This document shows positions 61,345 to 61,894 of a stretch of DNA of 61,894 bases, in pieces. The translations under genes and the position numbers were made by a program. The notes below the pieces were generated by a model that did not search any database, was not told where the DNA came from, and was given only the letters and a program-made list of their open reading frames with translations. Each line of letters opens with the position of its first letter. Within the stretch, counting starts at the first letter, position 1. The DNA lies in NCBI GenBank assembly GCA_016209535.1, contig JACQVW010000404.1, forward strand, positions 1 through 61,894. The letters run 5' to 3'. Source of the stretch: Planctomycetota bacterium. Its GTDB lineage: Bacteria > Planctomycetota > UBA8108 > SXIK01.

Positions 61345-61586
61345 CGCCCCCGCCGTCCCTCGCTCGCCAGGTCGCGGTGGCGAGGCTTCGCGTCACGGAT
61401 CTCTCGCGCCGGCTCGCGGCGGCGGAGCGTGCGGAGCCGGGCGTTCCGCCGGCGTACCTGCGGGAGGACCCCGCGGCGGCTCGCCGGGCGCTCGAGCGGC
61501 TCGAGGTGCTCGAGGCCGAGGAGCGGGGCCGAGACGGCCGGCGGGGGAGTGCTGTGCGGGAGGAGGTGGATCGTGCGGACCGTTGA
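61341..61586 (+). CDS. hypothetical small protein
   Basis: GTGA overlap (alternative GTG 61332). 81 aa. Confidence 0.3.
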   Translation: MTPPPSLARQVAVARLRVTDLSRRLAAAERAEPGVPPAYLREDPAAARRALERLEVLEAEERGRDGRRGSAVREEVDRADR

Positions 61587-61839
61587 CGAGAGACCCATGC
61601 GGCGGATCGACGAGCGGGCGGCGCAGATCGCCTCGCTCTTTCGTCGTGTCCGCGACCCCGAGGCGTGGGCGATCGCGTTGCGTCGCGCGGCTCTCGTGCT
61701 CGAGGAGCGGGAACGTCGTCACGGCGGTTCGCACGCGCGGCCGGTGGAGGTGCGGCGGCTCGGGCTCGAGGCCGCGGGCGGCGAGGTGGGGCCGGTGGCG
61801 CACCGCTCGCACGTCGCGGAGCCGGATTCCGACGTCTGA
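61573..61839 (+). CDS. hypothetical small protein
   Basis: GTG preceded by GGAGGAGG. 88 aa. Confidence 0.3.
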   Translation: MRTVDERPMRRIDERAAQIASLFRRVRDPEAWAIALRRAALVLEERERRHGGSHARPVEVRRLGLEAAGGEVGPVAHRSHVAEPDSDV

Positions 61840-61894
61840 CGCCGTTTCTGGGCTCGACTGCCAGAAACGGCGCGCGACGTTGCCCCAGGAGCGA

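Larger units (their letters stand above)
51718..61894. mobile_element. integrated phage-like element (integrase, excisionase, replication and terminase genes); right end beyond the window
   Basis: The tRNA fragment abuts an AT-rich arm with repeated GTTGCAAC sites and a tyrosine integrase. Downstream are co-oriented, 4-nt-overlapping small genes and a TerL. Confidence 0.6.

Noticed and set aside
1-61894. CRISPR arrays, rRNA genes, IS elements with terminal inverted repeats, reverse transcriptase/retron or DGR components
   Set aside because: By eye there are no regularly spaced short repeats, no rRNA-like conserved tracts, no transposase other than the Rpn-like gene, and no RT motifs (YxDD) in any plausible ORF.

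Overview
High-GC (about 70%) bacterial chromosomal window. The lineage cannot be fixed from sequence alone. The gene content (dockerin-like, FG-GAP and SBBP secreted proteins, several ECF sigma factors, DUF1570) resembles Planctomycetota- or Myxococcota-type environmental genomes. Many long antisense ORFs in the six-frame track are GC artefacts; I kept only ORFs with recognisable motifs, plausible starts or operon context.

Contents, left to right:
- An Rpn-like nuclease, a HEAT-repeat protein and a C39-like/HExxH fusion protein.
- A minus-strand operon: ECF sigma, anti-sigma, RND permease, MFP, TolC-like OMF.
- A tightly coupled minus-strand arsenic operon: arsM, PiT transporter, arsS radical SAM, TVP38/DUF547, FAD disulfide reductase, rhodanese.
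- A Ser/Thr kinase, ECF sigma, anti-sigma operon, divergent from a ferredoxin-NADP reductase gene.
- A lipase-like lipoprotein and two secreted proteins with dockerin-like modules.
- A third ECF sigma/anti-sigma pair followed by a YHS lipoprotein and a candidate selenoprotein (in-frame TGA at a CxxC position).
- A 7.3-kb block of SBBP/FG-GAP/dockerin genes bracketed by direct repeats of about 380 bp that carry an HMA metal-binding module.
- A MerR, Cys-rich peptide, MerT-HMA cluster.
- A lysA, peptidase, ABC exporter operon.
- A cyclase gene remnant.
- A sigma-54-type promoter in front of a di-haem peroxidase-like gene, with a nearby enhancer-binding AAA+ protein that lacks a DNA-binding domain.
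- A sharply bounded low-GC 0.7-kb island encoding an orphan membrane protein.
- A Phd/RelE toxin-antitoxin pair.
- A tRNA-Arg 3'-half remnant next to a tyrosine integrase that opens a phage-like element (excisionase, PriCT-like replication protein, large terminase) running off the right edge.

The top follow-up candidates are the selenoprotein, the extended arsenic operon, the recurrent GGAAC-N17/18-CGTT motif, the repeat-bracketed dockerin block and the low-GC island. No rRNA, intact tRNA or CRISPR array was seen.
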